A DNA stretch of 64,000 bases from Gemmatimonadales bacterium (GCA_035517615.1 DATIYM010000020.1:68699-132698), one strand, 5' to 3'. Positions 1-9,529 are shown, numbered from the stretch's first letter. Notes: a model not told the origin generated them from the sequence alone. Program-made: numbers and translations.

Positions 1-2112
1 GCGATCTCGATCTTCGCCCTGGCCGTTGCCTGGGGTCTGCGCGGCTACGTTCTCCGGCAAGACAACGGCACCCCCGAAATGCGGCGCATTTCCGACGCGA
101 TTCAGGAGGGCGCGGAAGCGTTCCTACGTCGCCAGTACCGGACCATCGCGACGCTCTCCATCGCGCTGGGCGCGGTCATTTACGTCCTGTACGCGTTCAT
201 CCGGAAGCCCCATGGGGACGAGCCCAGCGCCTCCGCCCTCGCGCTGACCACGACGATCTCGTTCCTGTTCGGCGCGACGTGTTCGGGGGTCGCCGGGCTC
301 GTGGGGATGTACGTCGCCGTGCGGTCCAACATCCGGAGCGCTAGTGCGGCGCGGAACAGTCTGAATAAGGCGATGCAGGTCGCCTTGCGCGGCGGCGCGG
401 TCAGCGGACTCTTCGTCGTGGCGATGAGCCTCTTCGGCGTCGGCATCCTCTACTACATCCTGAACACCATCGGCTTCGCCCCCACCAAGATCCCGCTCAT
501 GATCGTCGGCTACGGCTTCGGCGCGTCGTTCGTCGCGCTGTTCGCGCAGCTGGGCGGCGGAATCTATACCAAGGCCGCGGATGTCGGCGCGGACCTGGTG
601 GGCAAGGTCGAAGCCGGGATCCCCGAAGATGACCCACGCAATCCCGCCGTCATCGCGGACCTGGTGGGCGACAACGTCGGCGATTGTGCGGGCCGCGGCG
701 CCGACCTGTTCGAGTCGACAGCGGCCGAAAACATCGGCGCCATGATTTTGGGCTCGGGCCTGGCGCTCGCCAACCCGGGTGCCTTCCGCCCCGATCAGAT
801 CGTGGGCGTGATGCTCTTCCCGCTGGTCGCCCGGGCGTTCGGGCTGATCGCGTCGATCATCGGCGTGCTGATCGTCAAGGCACGCGAAGACGAAGATCCG
901 ATGCAGGCGTTGAATCGCGGCTACATGATCACCGCGGTGCTCGCCGCGATCGGCTTCGTCGGTGGCACGTACTGGCTGCTCAATCCTCCCGGACAGCCCG
1001 ACGCATGGTGGCATTTCGCCCTGTGCGGCATCATCGGCATCGCCATGTCGATCGCGTTCGTCTACATCACGCAGTACTACACGGAATACCGCTACCGTCC
1101 CGTCAAATCGATTGCCGCCGCGTCGGTCACGGGACCCGCGACCAACATCATCGCGGGATTCGCGGTCGGCCTCGAGTGCACCGCACTGCCGGTGTTCACG
1201 ATCTCGATCGCGATCATCGCGTCCTACCACCTCGGAGCGTCGAGCGGCCTCCAGCATTCCGGGCTGTTCGGCACCGCGGTCGCCACCATGGGGATGCTCG
1301 GCACGGCCGCGTACATCCTCGCGATGGACACGTTCGGCCCGATCACGGACAACGCGGGCGGCATCATCGAAATGTCTCACCAGCCCGAAGAGATCCGGCG
1401 CCGTACCGATCGGCTCGATGCGGTCGGGAACACCACCAAGGCGCTGACCAAAGGGTACGCGATCGGCTCTGCCGCCCTCGCGGCCTTCCTGCTCTTCTCC
1501 GCGTACCTCGACGAAGTCGCCGCGCTCGGCTCGCCGCTCGCCGCGGTCGACATCTCGAAGCCCGAGGTGTTCGTGGGCGGGCTGCTGGGCGCGATGCTCG
1601 TGTTCTGGTTCTCGGCGCTCGCGATCGGCGCGGTGACCAAGGCAGCGGTGGACGTCATCAAGGAAGTGCGCCGTCAGTTCAAGGCCGATCCCGGAATTCT
1701 CCAGGGCACGTCGCGGCCGGACTACGGCACCGCGGTCGATATCGTGACCGTCGGCGCGTTGAAGGCCATGGTGGCGCCCGGGCTGCTCGCGGTCGGTATG
1801 CCGATCGCCGTCGGACTGTTTTTCAAAATCTTCCATCTCGGCGCCGAGACCGTGGCGGCATTCCTGATGGTGGGGACGATCGCCGGCATTCTCATGGCTA
1901 CGCTGCTGAACAATGGCGGTGGCGCCTGGGATAACGCCAAGAAGTTCATCGAGATGGGCGAGTACGGCGGCAAGGGAAGCGACGCCCACAAAGCCGGCGT
2001 GGTCGGCGATACGGTGGGCGATCCGTTCAAGGACACCGCCGGGCCGTCGCTGCACGTGTTGATCAAGCTGCTCAGTACCGTGACGCTGGTGTTGGCTCCA
2101 CTGTTCGTATGA
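1..2112 (+). CDS. hppA: Membrane-bound H+-translocating pyrophosphatase, K+-independent type (5' end lies outside the window)
   Basis: ORF 79..2112 stays open in the same frame back to nt 1 (AISIFALAVAWGLRGYVLRQDNGTPE precedes the listed Met, a typical HppA N-terminal region). Polytopic hydrophobic profile. Motifs GGGIYTKAADVGADLVGKVE, DNVGDCAGRGADLFES, GGAWDNAKK and DTVGDPFKD. GNTTKA (Lys variant) matches the K+-independent class. Confidence 0.95.
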   Translation, partial: AISIFALAVAWGLRGYVLRQDNGTPEMRRISDAIQEGAEAFLRRQYRTIATLSIALGAVIYVLYAFIRKPHGDEPSASALALTTTISFLFGATCSGVAGLVGMYVAVRSNIRSASAARNSLNKAMQVALRGGAVSGLFVVAMSLFGVGILYYILNTIGFAPTKIPLMIVGYGFGASFVALFAQLGGGIYTKAADVGADLVGKVEAGIPEDDPRNPAVIADLVGDNVGDCAGRGADLFESTAAENIGAMILGSGLALANPGAFRPDQIVGVMLFPLVARAFGLIASIIGVLIVKAREDEDPMQALNRGYMITAVLAAIGFVGGTYWLLNPPGQPDAWWHFALCGIIGIAMSIAFVYITQYYTEYRYRPVKSIAAASVTGPATNIIAGFAVGLECTALPVFTISIAIIASYHLGASSGLQHSGLFGTAVATMGMLGTAAYILAMDTFGPITDNAGGIIEMSHQPEEIRRRTDRLDAVGNTTKALTKGYAIGSAALAAFLLFSAYLDEVAALGSPLAAVDISKPEVFVGGLLGAMLVFWFSALAIGAVTKAAVDVIKEVRRQFKADPGILQGTSRPDYGTAVDIVTVGALKAMVAPGLLAVGMPIAVGLFFKIFHLGAETVAAFLMVGTIAGILMATLLNNGGGAWDNAKKFIEMGEYGGKGSDAHKAGVVGDTVGDPFKDTAGPSLHVLIKLLSTVTLVLAPLFV

Positions 2113-2120
2113 CCGGACAG

Positions 2121-2172
2121 CGGGAAGCGAGAAGCGGGAAGCGTAACCGCATCCGCTTCTCGCTTCCCGTTT
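2121..2172 (+). terminator. Intrinsic terminator-like hairpin after hppA
   Basis: Perfect 17-bp inverted repeat cgggaagcgagaagcgg (2121-2137) / ccgcttctcgcttcccg (2153-2169), followed by ttt. It starts 9 nt after the hppA stop codon. Confidence 0.7.
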
Positions 2173-2191
2173 CTCGGTTCCCGCGTTTCAC

Positions 2192-3667
2192 ATGATGCGC
2201 CTGCTCCGCCGCAAGCCGATCTCGGAGCTGCTCGCCGAGACCGACACATCGCTCAAACGCTCGCTGGGCGCCGGCGACCTGATCATGCTCGCGATCGGGG
2301 CCGTGATCGGCGCGGGAATCTTCGGATCAGTCGGCACGGCCGCGGCCGGTCAGTACGACGCGGCGGGCAATCTGGTGCGGAGCGGGGCGGGCCCCGCACT
2401 GGTCCTGTCGTTTCTGCTGCTCGGCGTGTGCTGCGCGCTCGCCGGTCTGTGTTACGCCGAGTTGTCGGCGATGATACCGCAGGCCGGGAGCGCGTACGCG
2501 TACACCTACGCGACGCTGGGCGAGATCGTCGCCTGGCTCATCGGCTGGGACCTGATTCTCGAGTACGCCGTTGGCAATGTCGCGGTCGCCATTTCCTGGG
2601 GCGACTACCTCGAGTCGCTGTTACGGTCGTTCCACATCGTCTTTCCCGCGTGGCTCACGACCGGCTACCGCACGGCATTGCTGTCACCCGATCCCGCGAT
2701 CCACGGGCTGCTGGACTCCGCGCCCCACGTGGCCGGGATTGCGTTACTGGTCAACGTACCGGCATTCACGATCGTGATGCTGATTACGTGGCTGCTCCTG
2801 CTCGGCGCGCGCGAGAGCGCCACCGCCAACAACATCATGGTGACGATCAAGCTCCTGGTGCTCGCGCTGTTTGTCGTGGCCGGCCTGCGACACCTGAAGC
2901 CGGCGTACTATCACCCGTTCGCTCCGAATGGATTTCGCGGCATCCATCAGGGTGCCGCGATCGTGTTCTTCGCCTATATCGGCTTCGATGCGATCTCGAC
3001 GGCCGCGGAGGAAACCAGGAACCCGCAGCGCAACCTGCCGCTCGGCATCCTCGGCGGTCTCGCGATCTGTACCATCATCTACATGATCGTGGGGACCGTG
3101 CTCACGGGCCTGGTGCCGTACACGAAGCTGGGCGTGGCGGATCCGCTCGCCGCGGCGCTGCACGCCGCTAATCTGACCACCGTCGAGTGGATCGTGTCGC
3201 TCGGCGCGATCGTCTCCATGACCGCCGTGCTGCTCGTGTTTCAGTACGGCCAGCCGCGCATCTTCTTCGCGATGGCGCGCGACGGACTGCTGCCGGCCTG
3301 GGCCGCCAAGGTGCATCCGAAGCACCGGGTGCCGCACATCACGACGCTCGTGACCGGCATCTTTGTGGCCCTGTGGGCGTTGATCGGCGACGCGGGCGAA
3401 ACCTACGACCTGACCAACATCGGGACCCTGTTCGCGTTCGCGCTCGTCTCGATCGGCGTGCTCGTGCTGCGGTACACCGATCCGGATCGGCCGCGCCCGT
3501 TCCGTGTGCGCGCCGTCTGGTTCGTCTCCATCGCGTCCGCGTTACTGTGCGTTTTCGTGATGGGCGGGTTGCCGCACCAGGCGTGGGAGCGCTTCGGCAT
3601 CTGGCTGGTGCTGGGAATGGCGTTGTACTTCGGGTGGGGATACCGGCACTCGGTGATCAATAATTAA
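2192..3667 (+). CDS. APC-superfamily amino acid permease (cationic amino acid transporter-like)
   Basis: 491-aa polytopic protein. N-terminal LKRSLGAGDLIMLAIGAVIGAGIFGSVG and the later FFAYIGFDAISTAAEETRNPQRNLP are typical of the amino-acid permease family. Confidence 0.85.
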   Translation: MMRLLRRKPISELLAETDTSLKRSLGAGDLIMLAIGAVIGAGIFGSVGTAAAGQYDAAGNLVRSGAGPALVLSFLLLGVCCALAGLCYAELSAMIPQAGSAYAYTYATLGEIVAWLIGWDLILEYAVGNVAVAISWGDYLESLLRSFHIVFPAWLTTGYRTALLSPDPAIHGLLDSAPHVAGIALLVNVPAFTIVMLITWLLLLGARESATANNIMVTIKLLVLALFVVAGLRHLKPAYYHPFAPNGFRGIHQGAAIVFFAYIGFDAISTAAEETRNPQRNLPLGILGGLAICTIIYMIVGTVLTGLVPYTKLGVADPLAAALHAANLTTVEWIVSLGAIVSMTAVLLVFQYGQPRIFFAMARDGLLPAWAAKVHPKHRVPHITTLVTGIFVALWALIGDAGETYDLTNIGTLFAFALVSIGVLVLRYTDPDRPRPFRVRAVWFVSIASALLCVFVMGGLPHQAWERFGIWLVLGMALYFGWGYRHSVINN

Positions 3668-3696
3668 TAATCAATGGTCAATGAACATTGATTATT
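3666..3696. terminator. AT-rich bidirectional hairpin between convergent genes
   Basis: Perfect 11-bp inverted repeat aataatcaatg (3666-3676) / cattgattatt (3686-3696) with a 9-nt loop. It lies in the only AT-rich patch between the permease stop (3667) and the kinase stop (3706). Confidence 0.6.
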
Positions 3697-3705
3697 GAAT
3701 CTTGA

Positions 3706-4617
3706 TCATGCGTTATTGCGCAGCTCGACCGCCATTCGCAGCGCCGCCACCGCGGGATCCACCATCAGCAACACGGGCTGCGCACGTGCCGACAGGCTTC
3801 CCAGCGCCTCCCAGAATGCTGTAGCGAGGGGGGAGCGAGGGTTGAGCAGGCTGCCCGCGACCGCAACGGGAATCGGATCGGCTCCGGGGAAGTAGCGCTC
3901 GAGCGAGACGACAAGCGCGGCCAGCTCGCGCCCCGCGTCGTTCACGGCCCGGCGCGCGACCGCTTCGCCATCTTCCGCGGCGTTGAGCACGTGGGGAGCG
4001 AGCGCCGCGATCTGGGTTGGGGTCGCGGTCTGCGCCCAGCGCACCAGGGCGTCGAAGCGCTCGAGCCCGAGCGCGCTCAACAGGCGCGCGGAGAGCGTCG
4101 AGCCTTCGGCTAGCCCGTCGATGGTCCGCGCCGCCTCTGAGAGCGCGCGACGCCCCAGCCAGTAGCCGCCGCCTTCGTCGCCAATCTGCCACCCGTAGCC
4201 CCCCGCTCGGTACACACGACCCTCGGCATCGCGCGCGTACGCGATCGAGCCCGTGCCGGCGCTCACCACCACGCCCGGGCCCCGGCCGAACACGGCGATG
4301 AGCGCAACTTCCCCATCCGGTACGACTCGCACTGCTTGCGCCACGCCTGCGTCGACGAGCGCGCTCGCGAGCTCCGCCTGCTCCTGGACCCGGCCTGCTC
4401 CAGCGGCCCCGACCACCGCGGCGGCCCCGGGGAGTGCGCTGCCGGCTGCCGTCGCGGCTCGGCGCGCGGTATGAGCGATGATCGCCGCGGAAACGGCCGC
4501 GCCACTCGGGCGAACGGCCGCCGGCGGGCCTTCGGCGCGCGCGCGAATCACGAGGTCAGCTCCCGCGATGACGACCTCCGAGTGTGATGCGCCGGCGTCG
4601 ATGCCGAGGAAGATCAT
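3706..4617 (-). CDS. BadF/BadG/BcrA/BcrD-type ATPase, N-acetylglucosamine / N-acetylmuramic acid kinase-like
   Basis: The listed ORF 3706..5187 is over-extended. The homologous part starts at ATG 4617 (MIFLGIDAGASHSEVVI...), with the sugar-kinase motifs GIDAG, VVSAGTGSIAYA and GGYGWQIGDEGGGYWLG. The ATGA overlaps the stop of the upstream symporter (4614-4617). Confidence 0.8.
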   Translation of the reverse strand: MIFLGIDAGASHSEVVIAGADLVIRARAEGPPAAVRPSGAAVSAAIIAHTARRAATAAGSALPGAAAVVGAAGAGRVQEQAELASALVDAGVAQAVRVVPDGEVALIAVFGRGPGVVVSAGTGSIAYARDAEGRVYRAGGYGWQIGDEGGGYWLGRRALSEAARTIDGLAEGSTLSARLLSALGLERFDALVRWAQTATPTQIAALAPHVLNAAEDGEAVARRAVNDAGRELAALVVSLERYFPGADPIPVAVAGSLLNPRSPLATAFWEALGSLSARAQPVLLMVDPAVAALRMAVELRNNA

Positions 4618-6050
4618 GCGCGGACCGTAGAGGCGAGTAGACCAGTCGCGAGCGTGATCGCGGTGCCAAGCGGCACGTACCATGGCCAGGCGAGCGATGG
4701 CAGCCAGCGGATCGGAAATCCCGGGATCACGGCGCCAAGGACGATGGGAGTCATGAGCAAGACACTCACCCCGATTGCCATGATCGCGTCGCGCTGCCGC
4801 GCGCGTGACGAGATCCCACCGAGGATATACGTCCCGAGCAATGCGCCATACGTGATTGAGGCAATGCTGAGCGCGAGTTGAACCACGGGCGTGTTCTGCT
4901 GCCGCAGCGCGAGCGCGCCCGAGACCAGCACGGCAGTCCAGAGGACCGTCAGCCAACGCCCGACGCCGAGCAGGTGCGCGGGATCGGTCCGGCCGGTGAG
5001 TGGCGCGTAAAAATCGTGAGTCGAGGCCGAAGCGAGCGAGTTCACCGCCGAAGCGTGGCTGCTCATCGCGGCGGCGAGAATTCCGGCGATCACGAGGCCG
5101 GCAAGACCGGCGGGAAGCTGGGTGATCACGAAGCTCGGATAAATGGCATCGCTCCGCATGTCCGGGTGGTCGGCGCCCGCGAGCCACAGGCTCGTGCCTA
5201 CGAGAAGAAACAGGGCAAACTGCAGAATGATGAACACCCCGGAGCCGATCAATGCCCGCTGCGCATCGCCCAGCCGTCGCGCCGCGAGCAGCCGCTGCAC
5301 GATCAGATGGTCGGTGCCATGCGACGCCGCCGAGAGTAACGCGCCGCCGATCATGCCACCCCAGATCGTGTACACGGCCGTGAACGAAACGCGCGGATCG
5401 ATGGCAACCAGCTTACCGGCGTTCCACGCGCGGCTGAATGCCCCGATGCCTCCCGCGAGGTGCGTCGCCACGATCACCGTGGCGATCCCTCCCAGCACAT
5501 ACACGCACAGCTGAATCACATCGACCCAGACGACTGCCCGCAGGCCTCCCGACCAGGTGTAGATCAACGTCACGAGACCTATGGCGAGAATTCCCAACGA
5601 AAAGTTCCAGCGCGTCACGAGCGCGAGCGGGATCGCGGTGGCGAACACCCGCACACAATCTGCCAGGGCGCGCGTCACGAGAAATACTCCCGACGCCACG
5701 CGCCGGGCGTGCGGGCCGAAGCGCCGCTCGAGCCGCTGGTACGCCGTGTCCTGCGTGCCCTCGAAGTATCCGGGGAGCAAGAGGGCGGCGACCCCGATTC
5801 GGCCCACCAGGTACCCGAAGCCGATCTGGAGAAACGTGAGATTGCCGCGCGCGCCAATCCCCGGAATCGAAATCACCGTGACTGCGGACGTTTCCGTCGC
5901 GACCACCGAGAGCATCAACGCCCACCACGGCAGCCCCCGGTGGCCGAGGAAGTAGTCGGTCGCGTCGCGCTGCTTCCCGGCAAAGAACAGCCCCGCCACG
6001 AGCACGGCGAGGCAGTACGCGACGATGACCGCGATGTCGAGTGGGCGCAG
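4614..6050 (-). CDS. Sodium:solute symporter (SSS) family transporter; start codon unresolved
   Basis: 463-aa listed ORF (GTG 6005) with SSS features (YFLGHRGLPWWALMLSVVATETSAVTVISIPG). The frame stays open upstream to a stop at 6072-6074 and encodes LDIAVIVAYCLAV, the missing half of TM1. That stretch contains no ATG, GTG or TTG. I extended the call to CTG 6050, which follows an AGGAGGAGGGGGGGG run. Confidence 0.75.
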   Translation of the reverse strand: MRPLDIAVIVAYCLAVLVAGLFFAGKQRDATDYFLGHRGLPWWALMLSVVATETSAVTVISIPGIGARGNLTFLQIGFGYLVGRIGVAALLLPGYFEGTQDTAYQRLERRFGPHARRVASGVFLVTRALADCVRVFATAIPLALVTRWNFSLGILAIGLVTLIYTWSGGLRAVVWVDVIQLCVYVLGGIATVIVATHLAGGIGAFSRAWNAGKLVAIDPRVSFTAVYTIWGGMIGGALLSAASHGTDHLIVQRLLAARRLGDAQRALIGSGVFIILQFALFLLVGTSLWLAGADHPDMRSDAIYPSFVITQLPAGLAGLVIAGILAAAMSSHASAVNSLASASTHDFYAPLTGRTDPAHLLGVGRWLTVLWTAVLVSGALALRQQNTPVVQLALSIASITYGALLGTYILGGISSRARQRDAIMAIGVSVLLMTPIVLGAVIPGFPIRWLPSLAWPWYVPLGTAITLATGLLASTVRA

Positions 6051-6073
6051 CGGCGGTTCCCCCCCCTCCTCCT

Positions 6074-6104
6074 AAAGCAAAGGGCCCGCGCCGTACGCGG
6101 GCCC
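6074..6104 (-). terminator. Intrinsic terminator-like hairpin after iscA, immediately upstream of the SSS gene
   Basis: On the minus strand: GGGCCCGCG-UACGG-CGCGGGCCC (9-bp GC stem; plus-strand coordinates 6082-6090 / 6096-6104), followed by UUUGCUUU. Confidence 0.6.
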
Positions 6105-6133
6105 CGCAAGCCAACCGTTACCAGGAGGAACGA

Positions 6134-6493
6134 TCAAACCGTAAACGAGGATCCGCAGCCACAGCCCCCCGTCGCATTCGGATTCTCGAACGCGAACCCG
6201 GACTCCTGGAAGTCGCTCTTGTAGTCGATCGTGACGCCGTTCAGGTATTGCGCGCTGAAGCTGTCCACGAAGCAGCGCACCCCGCCCGTCTCGATCACGA
6301 GATCGTCTTCCATGGGCTTGTCTTCGATGTTGAGGCTGTACTTGAAGCCGGAACAGCCCCCCGGCATGACGCCGACGCGCAGCCCCGCCTGCTCGGGGGC
6401 CACGTTCTCGTCCTTCATGAACTTGAGCACTTCGGCCCCGGCCCGGTCGGTCAGGGTAAGCGTAATTGGGGTGGTCCCCTGCGTAGTCGCCAT
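6134..6493 (-). CDS. erpA: Iron-sulfur cluster insertion protein, IscA/ErpA/HesB family
   Basis: Start moved to ATG 6493 (MATTQGTTPITLT...), which is preceded by AGGAGG. Family motifs GGCSGFKY and the C-terminal CGCGSSF. Confidence 0.85.
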   Translation of the reverse strand: MATTQGTTPITLTLTDRAGAEVLKFMKDENVAPEQAGLRVGVMPGGCSGFKYSLNIEDKPMEDDLVIETGGVRCFVDSFSAQYLNGVTIDYKSDFQESGFAFENPNATGGCGCGSSFTV

Positions 6494-6565
6494 TGCGATC
6501 CTCCTGTCTGACAGCAACTTAGACGCCTCGAATCGGCGTGTCAACTCTCGCCCTCGGAGTGCTTC

Positions 6566-8326
6566 ATGCGGCTCAGTTTAGCCGATTGGTGCGTGGTGAT
6601 CCTGTATTTCCTTTTCAACGTCGCCATCGGCCTCTACTACAAGAGCCGGGCGGGACGCGATACGGGGGAATTCTTCCTCTCGGGTCGCAATGTGCCCTGG
6701 TGGCTCGCGGGCACTTCGATGGTGGCGACCACGTTCGCCGCGGACACACCGCTCGCGGTCACGGGCATGGTGGCGAGGAACGGCATCGCCGGAAACTGGC
6801 TGTGGTGGACGTTCGTGGCGAGCGGCATGCTCACCGTGTTCTTCTATGCGCGGCTGTGGCGGCGCTGCGGCGTGATGACCGACGTGGAGTTCTCGGAAAT
6901 TCGCTATGCCGGTCCACCGGCCGCGTTCCTCCGCGCCTTTCGCGCCCTGTACCTCGGCATACCGATCAACTGCATCATCCTCGGCTGGGTGAATCTCGCC
7001 ATGGTGAAGATCGTCTCGCTCGTGTTCGGGATCGGCAAGACCGAGGCGCTGCTCGTCGTTCTCGGACTGATCGTGCTCACCTCGACGATCTCCACGCTCT
7101 CGGGGTTGTGGGGGGTGCTGGTCACCGACCTGTTCCAGTTCGTGATCAAAATGGGAATGGTGATCGTGCTCGCCGTCGTTGCGGTCGCGGCCGTGGGTGG
7201 CATCGACGCCATGAAGGCGAAGCTCACGACTCTTTCGGGCGCGCACGGCTCGGTACTGAGCTTTGTCCCGGACGTGGGTTCGGCCTGGATGCCGATGATC
7301 ACGTTCCTGGTCTACATCTCGCTCAACTGGTGGGCCACGTGGTACCCGGGAGCGGAGCCTGGCGGCGGCGGGTACGTCGCACAGCGGATGTTCAGCGCGA
7401 AAGACGAAAAGAACTCGCTGCTCGCGACGCTGTGGTTCAACATCGCGCACTATGCCGTCCGGCCCTGGCCCTGGATTCTCGTGGCGCTCGCGTCGCTGAT
7501 TCTGTTCCCGAACCTCGCGGACCCGGAGACCGGGTACGTGCGCGTCATGATCGACTATCTGCCTTCATCGCTCCGTGGTCTGATGGTCGCGGCCTTCGCC
7601 GCGGCGTACATGTCCACCATCGCGACCCAGCTCAACTGGGGCGCGAGCTATCTGGTGAACGATTTCTACCGGCGCTTCGTGCGCCGCGACGCCGCCGAGC
7701 GGCACTACGTGCGCGCCTCCCAGGCCGCCACTGTGTTGCTCACCGTCATTTCGGCCGTTGTCACGCTCTACATGGGGTCGATCGCCGCCGCCTGGAAGCT
7801 GCTCATCGTCACGGGAGCGGGAACGGGTGCGGTACTGCTGTTGCGCTGGTACTGGTGGCGGATCAACGCCTGGAGCGAAGTCGCCGCCATGATCTCGGCG
7901 TTTGTCGTTTCGGTGCTGCTCCAGACCGTGGGCCATCTCGATTCCGACAACCCGGTCGATTTCGCCTGGATGATGATCATCACGGTCGCGATCACGACCG
8001 TGGTGTGGCTCGCCGTCACATTCCTCACGCCTCCCGAGCGGGACGAAACGCTGGTGGCGTTCTACCGGCGCACCCGTCCGTCGCGCGCGGGATGGGGGCC
8101 GATCGCGGCCAAGGCGCCGGATGTCATCGCCTCGGCGGACGGGATCGCCAACCTGATCGATTGGATCGCGGGCTGCGTGCTGATCTACGGCGTGCTCTTC
8201 GGTGTGGGAAAGCTGCTGCTGCACGAATTCGGCGCGGGCGTCGCACTGCTCGCGCTCGGAGTCCTCGCGGGCGGCTACATCTATCGTGATTTGTCCCGAC
8301 GCGGATGGCAAACGGTCGTGGAGTAG
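6566..8326 (+). CDS. Sodium:solute symporter (SSS) family transporter
   Basis: 586-aa polytopic protein. N-terminus DWCVVILYFLFNVAIGLYYKSRAGRDTGEFFLSGRNVPWWLAGTSMVATTFAADTPL is typical of SSS transporters. Confidence 0.85.
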   Translation: MRLSLADWCVVILYFLFNVAIGLYYKSRAGRDTGEFFLSGRNVPWWLAGTSMVATTFAADTPLAVTGMVARNGIAGNWLWWTFVASGMLTVFFYARLWRRCGVMTDVEFSEIRYAGPPAAFLRAFRALYLGIPINCIILGWVNLAMVKIVSLVFGIGKTEALLVVLGLIVLTSTISTLSGLWGVLVTDLFQFVIKMGMVIVLAVVAVAAVGGIDAMKAKLTTLSGAHGSVLSFVPDVGSAWMPMITFLVYISLNWWATWYPGAEPGGGGYVAQRMFSAKDEKNSLLATLWFNIAHYAVRPWPWILVALASLILFPNLADPETGYVRVMIDYLPSSLRGLMVAAFAAAYMSTIATQLNWGASYLVNDFYRRFVRRDAAERHYVRASQAATVLLTVISAVVTLYMGSIAAAWKLLIVTGAGTGAVLLLRWYWWRINAWSEVAAMISAFVVSVLLQTVGHLDSDNPVDFAWMMIITVAITTVVWLAVTFLTPPERDETLVAFYRRTRPSRAGWGPIAAKAPDVIASADGIANLIDWIAGCVLIYGVLFGVGKLLLHEFGAGVALLALGVLAGGYIYRDLSRRGWQTVVE

Positions 8327-9529
8327 CTACAGCTCCGGGTGCGTGAGCGCGTCCACGACCAGATCGGCCACGTGCGGGCGGACACGACGGATGGTGTTGT
8401 TGGTGCGCGTCGGGTTGACGCGATTGGTCAGCAGGATGATGAACAAGTCGCGATCGGGGTCGATCCACAGTGACGTGCCCGTGAATCCGGTGTGGCCGAA
8501 CGACCGGGGCGAGAGGCGCATCCCGGCTGACGACGCCGAATCGCGCGGCTCGTCGGGCGTGTCCCACCCGAGGGCGCGCGAGGAGCCTGGCGGGAGATTC
8601 TGGCGCCGCGTGAATTCCGCGATCGTTTCGGCGTGAATGAGCTGGAGCGTGTCCCATGAGCCGCCGCCGAGCATCAGCTCGGCGAACCGCGCGAGGTCGG
8701 GAGCATTCGAGAACAGGCCCGCGTGGCCGGACACGCCGCCCAGCCGGCCCGCGTTTTCGTCGTGCACTTCACCGCGCAGCATCCGATGACGAAATACCGT
8801 GTCGGCTTCCGTCGGTGCAATGTGGGATCGCCAGGATGCAGGCGGCAGAAAGCGGGTGGACCCCATGCCGAGCGGCCGGAACACCCGCTGCGTGACGAAC
8901 GAATCGAGCGGCTCTCCCGAGAGCCGTTCGACGATCTGCATCAGCAGGATGGCGCTCAGATCCGAGTACACGTATTGCTCGCCCGGCGGCGTCACGAGTG
9001 GCGTCGTATCCACGAGCGCCAGCGCCGTCTCACGCGAGCCCGCTTCGCTGTAGAGCGGCCGCCACGCGGGAAGTCCCGCCGAGTGCGTGAGCAGGTGACG
9101 CACGGTCACGCGATCCTTGCCGGCCCCCCGGAACTCGGGGAGATACTGCTGCACCGGCGCGTCGAGCTCGAGCTTTCCCTGATCGACGAGCAGCATGCAC
9201 GCCGTCGTGGTCGCGATGACCTTCGTGAGCGACGCGAGATCGTAGATCGTCGTGACCTCAACGGGCCGGGGATCGTCCACGCTGTACTGGCCCACCGCCG
9301 CGAGCAGCGCGATCCGTCCGTGCCGTCCCACGGCGACCACGGCCCCCGGAAACGCGCCGCTCTCCGCTTCCACCCGCAGGTACCACACGACGAGGCCAAG
9401 CCGCGTGCTGTCGAACCCGACCGCTGTGGCCGGCGCGGCGGGCACGCCTTCGCCGCGCGGCGGCGAGGACCGGTGCAGGCAGCCGGACACGCAAACGGCC
9501 AGGAGGACAGCGGTCACGCCTGACTTCAC
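8327..9529 (-). CDS. Serine hydrolase of the beta-lactamase/transpeptidase-like family (AmiE/YbbE-like candidate), lipoprotein
   Basis: Start moved to GTG 9529 (VKSGVTAVLLAVCVSGC, lipobox). The GTGA overlaps the nagZ stop. Motifs S-x-x-K (ASLTKV), YSD and HTGFTG. Adjacent to nagZ and namZ, as amiE is in Bacillus. Confidence 0.75.
   Translation of the reverse strand: MKSGVTAVLLAVCVSGCLHRSSPPRGEGVPAAPATAVGFDSTRLGLVVWYLRVEAESGAFPGAVVAVGRHGRIALLAAVGQYSVDDPRPVEVTTIYDLASLTKVIATTTACMLLVDQGKLELDAPVQQYLPEFRGAGKDRVTVRHLLTHSAGLPAWRPLYSEAGSRETALALVDTTPLVTPPGEQYVYSDLSAILLMQIVERLSGEPLDSFVTQRVFRPLGMGSTRFLPPASWRSHIAPTEADTVFRHRMLRGEVHDENAGRLGGVSGHAGLFSNAPDLARFAELMLGGGSWDTLQLIHAETIAEFTRRQNLPPGSSRALGWDTPDEPRDSASSAGMRLSPRSFGHTGFTGTSLWIDPDRDLFIILLTNRVNPTRTNNTIRRVRPHVADLVVDALTHPEL

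Noticed and set aside
124-2055. Very long antisense or alternate-frame ORFs opposite real genes. Examples: 124..2055(-), 13218..14606(-), 15730..17622(-), 29006..30802(-), 48505..49557(-), 59219..60685(-), 60728..63001(-), 27775..28308(+).
   Set aside because: Their translations are Arg/Gly/Asp/His/Pro-rich low-complexity strings with no motifs. Each lies opposite a gene with unmistakable homology. Stop-poor alternate frames are expected at this GC content.
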